From: FCB group bacterium
Lineage (GTDB): Bacteria > Zixibacteria > MSB-5A5 > GN15 > JAAZOE01
DNA length: 64,000 nt
Direction: 5' to 3'
Assembly: GCA_024231695.1 (NCBI GenBank)
Contig: JAAEQF010000118.1
Span: 1,086 to 65,085, forward strand
The translations under genes were made by a program, and so were the position numbers. The notes beneath the pieces were generated by a model. It was not told the origin of the DNA, searched no databases, and saw nothing but the letters and a program-made list of their open reading frames with translations. This document shows, piece by piece, positions 18,601 to 27,558 of the stretch; positions within the stretch are counted from its first letter, which is position 1, and each line of letters begins with the position of its first letter.

Positions 18601-19752
18601 ATGAATAGCTTCTTCGCCACCACGACCAAATCATTTGTTGCGCAACTGTTTCTCATAATCTTTTTCGTATCATCAATCGTTTTGGCAGGGAATCCGGCTA
18701 AAACAGATAATTCCGAGGCCATCGAAATATCTTTTGACGACGGCCCTCATGTCTATTGGCAGAATGACACCACGGCCATAATAGTCTATATGTGCAATGA
18801 TCAGATTGAGAAGAAAATCCTGTCCGGTAAAGACACGCTTCGCTTTAATGGTTTATGCCTTGATTCGGAAATCGAATACAAAATTCCGACCCTCCCCCCG
18901 GTTGCCGGTCCCGATATTGTCAATGACGGTTCCAGAATATTCGTGGTCAGTGATTTACATGGAGAATATCAGCATTTTCTCAATATTTTGAAAAATGGCG
19001 GTGTCATCGACGAGAACTATCATTGGATCTGGGGCGACGGACATCTGGTCATCGACGGCGACGTCACTGACCGGGGCGCCCATGTCACCGAATGTCTCTG
19101 GCTGATTTATCGTTTGGAACAGGAAGCCGCAGCTGCTGGCGGCGCGGTCCATTTTGTCCTCGGCAACCACGAACTTATGGTTCTGCGTGGCGATAACCGC
19201 TATGTCAACGAGAGATATCTCAATGGCATTTGTCGCAAAACCAGGATTCGCAGTGAGGATTTTTATGGCCCCGATTTGGCTCTGGGACGCTGGTTGCGAA
19301 GCAAGAATGCGGTTATTAAAATCAACGGTATCCTGTTCGTCCACGGCGGCATTTCACCGGAAGTTATGACTGCATATCCCGAACTGAGCAGACTTAATAA
19401 GGCCGCCAGCAGATATCTCGATCTAAGATCGTCGCAATTGGCTTTCAATGATGAGGCTCGATTTTTATTCGGCAGTTTGGGACCATTTTGGTATCGTGGT
19501 CTATTCGAGGAAAGAGAAGGCAGATACACTCGCCTGACGCAGGTTGAAGTGGAAGCAATTTTGACCAATTACGACGCCTCCTCACTTGTTGTCGGGCACA
19601 CTCCGGTTGATACCATATCTACATTATATGATAAATGCGTCTATGCCCTTGATGTCGATGTTCCGGTCCTTGGCGGCCTTGAGGCTCTGTTGTGGAAAGA
19701 GGGTCTTTTTTATCGAGTCAAGACGGACGGAAATTTGATCCTGATTGAATAG
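18601..19752 (+). CDS. Metallophosphoesterase (PPP-type Ser/Thr phosphatase-like), exported
   Basis: ATG at 18601 preceded by AGGGGA. Motifs VVSDLHGE, GDVTDRG, GNHE, HGG. N-terminal hydrophobic signal or anchor. Confidence 0.8.
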   Translation: MNSFFATTTKSFVAQLFLIIFFVSSIVLAGNPAKTDNSEAIEISFDDGPHVYWQNDTTAIIVYMCNDQIEKKILSGKDTLRFNGLCLDSEIEYKIPTLPPVAGPDIVNDGSRIFVVSDLHGEYQHFLNILKNGGVIDENYHWIWGDGHLVIDGDVTDRGAHVTECLWLIYRLEQEAAAAGGAVHFVLGNHELMVLRGDNRYVNERYLNGICRKTRIRSEDFYGPDLALGRWLRSKNAVIKINGILFVHGGISPEVMTAYPELSRLNKAASRYLDLRSSQLAFNDEARFLFGSLGPFWYRGLFEEREGRYTRLTQVEVEAILTNYDASSLVVGHTPVDTISTLYDKCVYALDVDVPVLGGLEALLWKEGLFYRVKTDGNLILIE

Positions 19753-19890
19753 TCGTGAAGGTCAAGCAAGTTTTGAAAACACGGGGCTAAAAGCCATCAT
19801 GCCAATACTATATCGACTGGTGTAATGGGCCAGATACGACTCCAATGCAATATGTGGAAATTACCGGAAGACCTGGAATTTCTCTTTTTT

Positions 19891-19904
19891 TTGACTTGAG
19901 TCAA
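19891..19904 (+). promoter_or_regulatory. FNR/CRP-family-like palindrome TTGAC-N4-GTCAA
   Basis: TTGACTTGAGTCAA is a perfect inverted repeat. It matches the FNR consensus TTGAT-N4-ATCAA at 8 of 10 positions. Lies 76 nt upstream of the cytochrome start codon. Confidence 0.35.
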
Positions 19905-19979
19905 GTTATTGGGACGTATTTACTGTGTACTTATTACCGAATATTAGGGCAATTAACATCGATCAAGGAGGGTTGACCC

Positions 19980-21215
19980 ATGCTTAGAATTTGTATCATC
20001 GTTACGGCGATTTTGTTTTTACCGCTAATGGCCGTTGGTCAGGACTGTATCGAGTGTCATAAGGAGATGACACCGGGTATAGTAAGCGATTGGCAAATAA
20101 GTAAACACAGTGAAAACGACGTATCCTGCGAGACCTGTCATGGTGAGGGACATACGACTGCGGCCGATGTCGCCAACGTCGAAATCCCGACACCGGCTAC
20201 CTGCGCCACCTGTCACGACACACAGGTGGAGCAGTTTTCCAAAGGGAAACATGCGCTGGGCTGGGCTTCGTACCGGGCCATGCCGACGACTCATCAACTG
20301 CCGATGGCTTTGCGCGAAGGCATGAAAGGCTGTGGCGGCTGTCACAAAATAGGCCTTAAAAGCGAAGAGGAAATCAAGGAACTCAAGGAACAGGGTTCCG
20401 GTTTCGGACTCGCCTCCTGCGACGCCTGCCATACCCGCCATACTTTTTCTGTCCATGAAGCCCGTCAACCACAAGCCTGCCAGACTTGTCACATGGGCTT
20501 TGATCATCCGCAATGGGAAATGTATTCATCATCAAAGCACGGCGTGCGCTACTTGTTAAAACAGAATGGCACTTTACCGGAAACGGTTTCGGCTCCCACC
20601 TGCCAGACCTGCCATATGGTTGACGGTAATCATGAAGTACGTACGGCCTGGGGATTCCTGGCCGTTCGCCTGCCTTTATCGGAAGACCCGCAGTGGAAAG
20701 CGGATCAGATCACTATATTGCAGGCTCTGGGCGTTCTTGATCTGGAAGGCAATCCTACCGGACGTCTGGACGTAGTCAAGGCTGCCGATGTGGCCCGTCT
20801 CGATCAGGAATCATTCGATGCCGAGCGAAACAAGATGCTGGCCGTCTGCAGTGATTGTCATTCGGAGAATTTCGCCAAAGCGGAAATGGCCAAAGGCGAC
20901 GATATGATCAGGGAAATTGATCACCTGCTGGCCGAGGGCATTCGGATTATCGCCGGATTGTATCAAGACGGCATTCTGATTAAACCGGAGAGTTACGCCA
21001 CGCCTTTCCCCGATCTGCTGACTTTCCATGACGCTCCTACACCGATCGAGCAGACGCTGTTTGAAATGCATCTCAAGCACCGCATGCGGGCCTTTCAGGG
21101 TGTCTTCCATTCCAACCCGGACTATGCTCTCTGGTACGGTTGGAGCGCGATGGTTCGTGATCTGTCCGAGATTAAACATATGGCCGAAGATATGCGCATT
21201 CATAAAGGCATGTAA
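19980..21215 (+). CDS. Periplasmic octaheme c-type cytochrome, hydroxylamine-oxidoreductase (HAO)-like family
   Basis: Signal peptide plus eight CxxCH motifs: CIECH, CETCH, CATCH, CGGCH, CDACH, CQTCH, CQTCH, CSDCH. CHMGFDHPQWEMYSSSKHG resembles HAO-family proteins. Confidence 0.75.
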   Translation: MLRICIIVTAILFLPLMAVGQDCIECHKEMTPGIVSDWQISKHSENDVSCETCHGEGHTTAADVANVEIPTPATCATCHDTQVEQFSKGKHALGWASYRAMPTTHQLPMALREGMKGCGGCHKIGLKSEEEIKELKEQGSGFGLASCDACHTRHTFSVHEARQPQACQTCHMGFDHPQWEMYSSSKHGVRYLLKQNGTLPETVSAPTCQTCHMVDGNHEVRTAWGFLAVRLPLSEDPQWKADQITILQALGVLDLEGNPTGRLDVVKAADVARLDQESFDAERNKMLAVCSDCHSENFAKAEMAKGDDMIREIDHLLAEGIRIIAGLYQDGILIKPESYATPFPDLLTFHDAPTPIEQTLFEMHLKHRMRAFQGVFHSNPDYALWYGWSAMVRDLSEIKHMAEDMRIHKGM

Positions 21216-21246
21216 GCCTCCGGTCAGACGAACGTAAATCTGTACG

Positions 21247-21279
21247 GACCCCGTCGTTTTATTAAGGCGGGGTCTTTTT
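21247..21279 (+). terminator. Rho-independent terminator after the cytochrome gene
   Basis: GACCCCG...CGGGGTC 7-bp stem followed by TTTTT. The 14-nt loop is rather large. Confidence 0.55.
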
Positions 21280-21358
21280 ATTGTCTGGATCAATCGACTG
21301 TACCGACGTATAATCTGGAAATGATTTTTGCCTCGCCAATATAGATTGGCTGATAAGG

Positions 21359-21907
21359 ATGATGAACATGTTGAAAAGTAATAATTGCACTTTGGTGGTC
21401 ATCGACGTGCAGGGTAAGCTGGCCACATTGATGCATGAGAAAGAACTGTTTCTTGAAAATGTGGTCAGGATGATCAAAGGCGCGCAGGCGCTTGATATCC
21501 CCATTCTCTGGAATGAACAACTACCGGATAAACTGGGCCCGACTATTCCGGAGATAAAGGAAATCCTGACCGACAATTTACCAATGGTCAAAAAGGTCTT
21601 TAGCTGTGCCGGTAATGCCGACTTCATCGAACGGTTAAAATCATCAGGCCGCCGTCAGGTTCTTTTGACCGGTATGGAAACTCATGTTTGTGTTTATCAA
21701 ACAGCTTTGGATTTGTTGGGTGACGGTTTTGAAGTTTATCTAGTAGCCGATGCCGTATCCTCACGGACGCTTGATAACAAAAAAGTAGGGATCGCCGCCA
21801 TCACCGCCGCCGGAGCGAAAATCACCAGTGTCGAAATGGCTTTCTTTGAAATGCTGGGCGTGGCCGAAGGCGAACGGTTCAAGAAAATAATAAAAATCGT
21901 GAAATAG
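21359..21907 (+). CDS. Isochorismatase-family cysteine hydrolase
   Basis: LVVIDVQ N-terminal motif and LTGMETHVCV (catalytic Cys context). Confidence 0.8.
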   Translation: MMNMLKSNNCTLVVIDVQGKLATLMHEKELFLENVVRMIKGAQALDIPILWNEQLPDKLGPTIPEIKEILTDNLPMVKKVFSCAGNADFIERLKSSGRRQVLLTGMETHVCVYQTALDLLGDGFEVYLVADAVSSRTLDNKKVGIAAITAAGAKITSVEMAFFEMLGVAEGERFKKIIKIVK

Positions 21908-21924
21908 AGTAATAATCGGCAAGG

Positions 21925-23382
21925 CTATTCGTTGCGCAAAGCTTGCACCGGATCGACTCGGGCCGCCCGCGAAGCAGGATAATACCCCGCCCCCAGGCTG
22001 GCCAGTAGTCCGAAAAAGAAGGCAACCAGAATCAGCCATAACGGTAGAGTAAACAACTCCACCGGATCAACTCCCTGCCTTTCCATAATAATCACAGCCA
22101 CCATGGAAGCCACCCTGGTAATCAGCCAACCCAGAATTATCCCTGCCACCGATCCGATGGAACCGATCACGCCCGATTCAACCAGAAACAAAAACCTGAT
22201 TTCCCGTTCATCGGCGCCCAGCGATTTGAGTACCCCGATTTCCTTGATTCGCTCAATGATCGACATAATCATGGTATTGACGATACCCAGCGAGGCTGTG
22301 GTTAAAGCGATAAAGCCGACGATACCCAGGGCCAGATAGAAATAAAGAAACATTTGCCTGATTTCATCGAACTGCTCGGCATAGCTGAAGGTCCGGTAGC
22401 CCAGAGCCTGAATCGTATCCCGTATGGCCGTATGCGCAACCTGCGGTTCCAAATCGAGGGTTACTCGTGGATATTCCCCTTCGGCTGGGCTGTCCGACGT
22501 CCCCAGAAAATCCCCCGCACTGATGGCTGAGAAAAGTTCAATCGGGTCATTGGGTAGCCCCCCGGAAGTAAAACGTCTTGCCGTTGAAACGGGTAAGATG
22601 ACAGATCTGACACGCATTCTATGACCACTGCGACCCTTAAGCACACCGGTCACGGTCAGAGTATCGCTGATTTTTTGGGGAGAGTTCATCAGACCATCGG
22701 TAAACCTGCGGATGGCATCACTTAATTCGTATCGAATCAGTTTTTGGCGATATGTTCCAGAGCGGAGCGAATCGAGTTTGATCTCGCTCAACCGACTGCG
22801 CAAAGTGCCATCCTCGTCGCTAATCAGGTGGGCCATAGCGCTGTCGATTGAAGACAAACTGACGGTAATTATAATTGGTTGCCCGATTATCGAATCAGGA
22901 TCTTCTATCCCGGCCATCTCCAAAAATTGGTTGGTCACGACCACTTCCCGGGCGCTGTCGGAAGCGAAAGCGCGCCCGGCGCTGAACTGTGAGAACAACC
23001 GCGTGTCGGAAGCGGTTTTGGGCAGAGGTTGAGCCTCTGCTGTAAATTGAGTGTCGTTGATTGCGACCGTGACATTGAAATCATCAAACGGATAAGCCAG
23101 CTTCACACCGGGGATTTGCGATAGGGCCTCGACCGCCGCATCGTTTAGGGGCACCTGCTGATCCCCGCCATCCTCGTCCTCGGCCGGGTAAACCAGCATG
23201 GTCGTGAACAGCCCCAGATTTTCAAATTGCTTCTCAATCAGTTCCTGATTCCCGGCTCCGAATGAGAGCATGGAAACAAAAGCGCCAATGGCAATCACTA
23301 CTCCGGATATTGTTAAAAAGGCCCGCAATTTCATCAGCCATAGGTTACTTAAGGATATGGTAATCAAGTCGCGTAAAGTCAC
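21925..23382 (-). CDS. ABC transporter permease, FtsX/MacB-like
   Basis: N-terminal TM, large periplasmic domain, and a C-terminal FtsX-type 3-TM bundle ending ..YPASRAARVDPVQALRNE. Confidence 0.8.
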   Translation of the reverse strand: MTLRDLITISLSNLWLMKLRAFLTISGVVIAIGAFVSMLSFGAGNQELIEKQFENLGLFTTMLVYPAEDEDGGDQQVPLNDAAVEALSQIPGVKLAYPFDDFNVTVAINDTQFTAEAQPLPKTASDTRLFSQFSAGRAFASDSAREVVVTNQFLEMAGIEDPDSIIGQPIIITVSLSSIDSAMAHLISDEDGTLRSRLSEIKLDSLRSGTYRQKLIRYELSDAIRRFTDGLMNSPQKISDTLTVTGVLKGRSGHRMRVRSVILPVSTARRFTSGGLPNDPIELFSAISAGDFLGTSDSPAEGEYPRVTLDLEPQVAHTAIRDTIQALGYRTFSYAEQFDEIRQMFLYFYLALGIVGFIALTTASLGIVNTMIMSIIERIKEIGVLKSLGADEREIRFLFLVESGVIGSIGSVAGIILGWLITRVASMVAVIIMERQGVDPVELFTLPLWLILVAFFFGLLASLGAGYYPASRAARVDPVQALRNE

Positions 23383-24086
23383 CGGGAGTCCTCCCCGGTC
23401 GAAGCATGATCAGCTAAACGGCCGTAGTCCATCTGCACCGAACGATGAGCATATTTATTGGCCAGAGCGAGATCATGAGTAACCATGACCACGGTTAATC
23501 CTTTCCGGTTCAAATCGGTCAATAATTCGGCGATTTGCCGGGTGTTTTCGTGATCAAGGTTGCCGGTCGGTTCATCGGCAAAAAGAATCTCCGGTTTTTT
23601 TACCAGGGCACGGGCAATAGCCACGCGTTGAAGCTCGCCGCCGGAAAGATCACTCGGCAGGTGATCGAGGCGGTCAGCCAATCCCAGTCGCTCTAGGATT
23701 TCCTCGGCCATCCGGCAGCGATCCTGCCTCGGAGTGGAATCGAAATAGAGAGCTAATTCAACGTTTTTTAGAGCCGTGCGGTGAGAGATTAGATTAAATG
23801 ACTGAAAGACCATGCCCACCCGAGCAGCTCGGTAAGCAGCCAGTTCTCGACTGGATAGTGAATTCAGAATGCCGCCATCGACTTCAATTCGCCCTGACGT
23901 CGGCGTATCGAGTCCGGCCATCATTCCCAGTAGAGTCGATTTGCCCGATCCGGAAGCCCCAACGATTCCGAGAAATTCGCCTCGCCGGACACTCAGATCA
24001 ACCCCATCGACGGCCCGAACCACGTGCGGCCCGCGTCGGAAATGACGGCACAATTCATAGGTTTGCAGCCATACATCGCTTCTCAC
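23379..24086 (-). CDS. ABC transporter ATP-binding protein (LolD/MacB type)
   Basis: GASGSGKSTLL, LSGGELQRVAIARAL, ILFADEPTGNLD. Overlaps the permease gene by 4 nt. Confidence 0.9.
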   Translation of the reverse strand: MRSDVWLQTYELCRHFRRGPHVVRAVDGVDLSVRRGEFLGIVGASGSGKSTLLGMMAGLDTPTSGRIEVDGGILNSLSSRELAAYRAARVGMVFQSFNLISHRTALKNVELALYFDSTPRQDRCRMAEEILERLGLADRLDHLPSDLSGGELQRVAIARALVKKPEILFADEPTGNLDHENTRQIAELLTDLNRKGLTVVMVTHDLALANKYAHRSVQMDYGRLADHASTGEDSR

Positions 24087-24185
24087 AAACAGTCCCTGCC
24101 CCGGCCCATAGTTTTATTCATGTTAGTACCAATATACGAACGGCAAGCCGCAGGGATTCTAAAAACTGATCATTCAGCCTAAAAA

Positions 24186-24228
24186 GCCAAAAAAAAATAT
24201 GGCGGCGAAACCGGGAGGTTCCACCGCC
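24186..24228 (-). terminator. Rho-independent terminator after the TonB-like gene
   Basis: On the minus strand, an imperfect GC-rich hairpin GGCGGTGGAACC-TCCC-GGTTTCGCCGCC followed by ATATTTTTTTTT. Confidence 0.55.
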
Positions 24229-24303
24229 GATGAGATGAATTCGCCTGTGCAGTTGAATTGTCATCTCAAGATGTCAGATAGTCTGCACTTTCAAACTTTG
24301 ATT

Positions 24304-25053
24304 TTAGCCCGAGTCGCCTTTTGACGAAGATTTTTCCGCCAAAGTGAAATTGACCGAAAAGGCCACCCATATCGCAACCGGTTGCTCGTTTTGAAGGGCC
24401 GGTTTATAGCGATAGTTCATGGCCGCCTTTTGGGCCGCATCATCCAGCGATGCCGTACCGCTTGACTTGGCTACGATTGCTTTGACTGTATTGCCTTCTT
24501 TGTCAATCAGGGATTTAATAATCACTGTGCCTTCAATCCCCTGCTTTTTGGCCTTGGCCGGATATTCCGGCTCTACTTGATGAATCAATTCCGGCATTCT
24601 TTCAACGGCAACAAAATCATCCATTGCCGGGTACTTCGAATCGCCCTCGCCCGGACACGGTTCATCATCAAGGGCAAATTTGACGTCATAGACGACCCAA
24701 GTGGCCACCGGCTGGCCCTCCTGAATTGCCGGTTTATAATTGGTAGCCCATCCGGCCTTGATCGCCGCCTTATCCATGGCCTCAATTCCACTGGATGATT
24801 TAACTTTCAATTCAGTCACCTTACCCTTGGCATCCACCATAATCGCCAAAGTGACCACACCCTCCAGACCCTTCTTTTTGGCCTCGGCCGGATATTCTGG
24901 TTTTACTTTGGAAATAACCTCGGGCTTGATCATCGGTTTCGGCGGTTTAATCATTGCCGGATTACTTTTTTCGGCGGCAATGAAACCAAACGAAGACAGA
25001 ACTAACAGTACTGCCATAGTCGCAACCGCTGTGATTTTAGAATTTTTCCGCAT
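24304..25053 (-). CDS. TonB-family protein with two tandem TonB C-terminal domains
   Basis: N-terminal anchor and a short Pro/Lys linker. Two repeats follow: KPEYPAEAKKKGLEGVV...YKPAIQEGQPVATWVVYDVKF and EPEYPAKAKKQGIEGTV...YKPALQNEQPVAIWVAFSVNF. Confidence 0.75.
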   Translation of the reverse strand: MRKNSKITAVATMAVLLVLSSFGFIAAEKSNPAMIKPPKPMIKPEVISKVKPEYPAEAKKKGLEGVVTLAIMVDAKGKVTELKVKSSSGIEAMDKAAIKAGWATNYKPAIQEGQPVATWVVYDVKFALDDEPCPGEGDSKYPAMDDFVAVERMPELIHQVEPEYPAKAKKQGIEGTVIIKSLIDKEGNTVKAIVAKSSGTASLDDAAQKAAMNYRYKPALQNEQPVAIWVAFSVNFTLAEKSSSKGDSG

Positions 25054-25266
25054 ACTTCCTCCCGCTTAGGGTACTTTCCTTTTCGAGTCCTTATAAAGCG
25101 GTAATCATAAATACAGACGGGGCAATGCGGATATTGTTTACTTTTAACCGGTCAAGATCTTTTTTTTTGCATTCGGGAATCAAGCCCACCGGCAAACCAT
25201 TAAAGAGATTGCCAAATCAGACAATTGGAGTATATTGTTGCATCAATCATTGACCGAGGTTTTTAT

Positions 25267-26085
25267 ATGACTTCCAAATATTGTTTTTCAATTCTGGCGG
25301 CGCTGTCGATTCTGCTCCTATTTGCCATCGGTGGCTGCGGTAAGGACCCGGTATCGAGCCAGGACGATATTCAAACGATAAACGGCGACAGCCACGTTTT
25401 CTTCGGCGCGGAAGCAACCGATTCCATAGTCAGTTTCGACTTTGGGTACACTCCGCAAAGCTCAAAAATCAGTCATATCTACTGGCTTCATAACACCGGC
25501 GATGATTCTCTGAATATAGTCAATATCAACCCCGGCTGAGGCTGTACCAAGGCTCCGTTGGAAAGAACGGAGATTGCTGTCGGCGACAGCGTTAAGCTGG
25601 AAATATATTTTTCTACCTCAACGTATCGGGGAACGATAGTCAAACGACCGAAGATTTGTGTTGACCGCGATAGCCTGTGCCGCTATATAGAATTGAGGAC
25701 CAATGTAGTTGCCAAACCAGATTCGACCTATCCACTAGTCATTTCCCCTTACCGATTAATGCTAATGAAAACCGACAGTGTCGATATAACCTATATTGAG
25801 TTTCATATTTCCAACCGCTCCGACACGAGTATCTTTATCCGTCCTATTGACTATCCCAAAGACTACTTTGAGTTATTATTACCACCTGAAACAGTGCCGG
25901 ACTCATCGATTTCAGGTCACCTGACTCTGAATGGATTGGGGCTGCAAAATTCATTTAATAAATCGTTGACCTTTGAATGCGATGATGCTGTGCAATCGCG
26001 GTTCACCATTCCAATCGTCCGGCAAATTCTCGGTCAAGGCGAAGTCAATGCCGCCATCAATCTCGATCCGGAATGCCCTGAATAG
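25267..26085 (+). CDS. DUF1573-like lipoprotein read through an in-frame TGA at 25537-25539 (candidate selenoprotein, U-G-C in place of CxC)
   Basis: ORFs 25225..25539 and 25558..26085 share a frame. ATG at 25267 follows GAGG. Lipobox LLFAIGGC. The read-through gives one continuous module: SFDFGYTPQSSKISHIYWLHNTGDDSLNIVNINPG-TGA-GCTKAPLERTEIAVGDSVKLEIYF. Confidence 0.6.
25553..25572 (+). promoter_or_regulatory. Candidate bacterial SECIS-like hairpin
   Basis: CTCCGTT-GGAAAG-AACGGAG has a 7-bp perfect stem and a 6-nt loop. It starts 14 nt after the TGA, and the loop G residues lie 23-24 nt from the U of UGA. Confidence 0.4.
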
Positions 26086-26088
26086 GGT

Positions 26089-26604
26089 TTGGCAGAAACT
26101 ATCGCTATGCACGATGTATCCGACAATAACCCGGAAACACGTTTCATCTGCGATGATAATCTCGGAAAACTGGCCCGTTATCTTCGCGCCTGTGGATTCG
26201 ATACCTATTTCGATGACCATATCAGCGACAGTGATTTGATTACCATTGCCCTTGATGAAAACCGCCACATCCTTACTCGCGACCACAAATTGACCGAACG
26301 CACGCTGGTGCGGAAATATTTTCAGATTGAAGACGATAATTGGATGGATCAGCTGAGAGCCGTAATCAGCTATTATGAACTCAGAGTTTCTAAAAAGAAT
26401 ATATTTACCCGCTGTTTGGAAGATAACGTGTTAATCGAAACCGTATTAAAGCATAATATTAAAACTTTGGTGTATCCGTATATATACGAGAAGCATACTG
26501 GATTCAAACAATGTCCGCAATGCAAGCGAGTATTCTGGGCGGGCACTCATACCAGGGCGATTATCGAACGCCTAACCCTCGGTGGTATCAAGATATTAGA
26601 TTAA
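26089..26604 (+). CDS. Mut7-C RNase domain (DUF82) protein
   Basis: FICDDNLGKLARYLRACGFDT and C-terminal zinc-ribbon-like CPQCKRVFWAGTH. The true start may be the ATG at 26107. Confidence 0.7.
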   Translation: MAETIAMHDVSDNNPETRFICDDNLGKLARYLRACGFDTYFDDHISDSDLITIALDENRHILTRDHKLTERTLVRKYFQIEDDNWMDQLRAVISYYELRVSKKNIFTRCLEDNVLIETVLKHNIKTLVYPYIYEKHTGFKQCPQCKRVFWAGTHTRAIIERLTLGGIKILD

Positions 26605-26614
26605 TGTTCATGGC

Positions 26615-27466
26615 TCAGACCTCGGAACCAATATCCTTGACCGGTGGTTTGTATAAATATTCGAGAATCACTCGGCGGTCTTTCCCCTCGCCTTCGATCC
26701 GTTTGATATGAAGACTGACGCTATAGCCGTCCTCGGTTTCCATAATTATCCGAAGGTCAGATTTCAGCTTCAACCTTTCATAATGCGAGCCCACGGATTT
26801 ATATTTGTCCAGGCCATCTCCGACAATACCTGCAGCCACCATAAATATTTTCGATACCCTGTTGACCGGGCTCAGCCTCGAGGGCGAACATAGATAATCG
26901 ATCCCGTCTTTATGATAAAAATACAGGTCATTTTCCAGAGCATCGCTTTTGCAGTAATTGTCCTTAACGAAACTGAATCCGGCCTGATCGCCCGAGTAGG
27001 ATGTGGCCAGTTCGATCTCTCCCTGAGGATAGCAGACCAGTTCGATCTCGTTGGTCGGCAAAGAGAGACTTTTATCGTTGTAAACGGCCCGCATATGGAC
27101 ATAATAGCGGGTGGCGTTGGCAACGTTTTTGATCTCGAATGTTTCCCGACGAGCCGATCCTTCAGGATCACCGGGATAAACTTCGGGATTATGGGGCTGG
27201 ATTGACGAAGGTAAATCGCGGCCGGGATATTCTTTGGCCAACGGTCGCGGTGAAACATAAAAATTGAATCCGCGCATAATTCTGGTTCCGCTGCATCCCG
27301 GGTTATAGGCAACAATCGCCCGGCCGTTGCCGATGGTTTCTATTATCAGACCGCGCGGTTGACAGCGGACACTTTCGTCTCCACCACCGGTCGGCGGTCC
27401 ACAGGAGATTAAAAGGAAAATCGATGAAAATAGTAAAAGTCCGAGTCGCAGATAGTTCTTGGTCAT
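26615..27466 (-). CDS. Hypothetical lipoprotein
   Basis: MTKNYLRLGLLLFSSIFLLISCG lipobox. No domain recognised. Confidence 0.5.
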   Translation of the reverse strand: MTKNYLRLGLLLFSSIFLLISCGPPTGGGDESVRCQPRGLIIETIGNGRAIVAYNPGCSGTRIMRGFNFYVSPRPLAKEYPGRDLPSSIQPHNPEVYPGDPEGSARRETFEIKNVANATRYYVHMRAVYNDKSLSLPTNEIELVCYPQGEIELATSYSGDQAGFSFVKDNYCKSDALENDLYFYHKDGIDYLCSPSRLSPVNRVSKIFMVAAGIVGDGLDKYKSVGSHYERLKLKSDLRIIMETEDGYSVSLHIKRIEGEGKDRRVILEYLYKPPVKDIGSEV

Positions 27467-27558
27467 CCGTTCGAGTCCTTCAATGCCGATAATGATCGGG
27501 GCAAATTGTCTTTTATACTTTGTACGCGCGAAACTCCGCCGGGATCGTTACCGGAGAT

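Noticed and set aside
20025-20513. 162-aa minus-strand ORF opposite the octaheme cytochrome gene.
   Set aside because: The plus-strand frame carries eight CxxCH motifs and a signal peptide, so the antisense frame is a by-product.
6627-25539. Alternative genetic code (TGA read as Gly or Trp, codes 25 or 4) as the explanation for the two in-frame TGAs.
   Set aside because: Conserved genes of normal length end with TGA in this window, for example apt at 9586-9588 and the OFOR beta subunit at 33402-33404. TGA is therefore a genuine stop here.
25225-26085. Pseudogene or sequencing error as the explanation for the split DUF1573-like gene, and likewise for 6063..6935.
   Set aside because: Not fully excluded, but disfavoured for three reasons. 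Two unrelated genes share the same GGC-TGA-GGC-TGT context. Both have hairpins at equal spacing. The TGA aligns with a conserved Cys, and both flanks remain open and domain-like.
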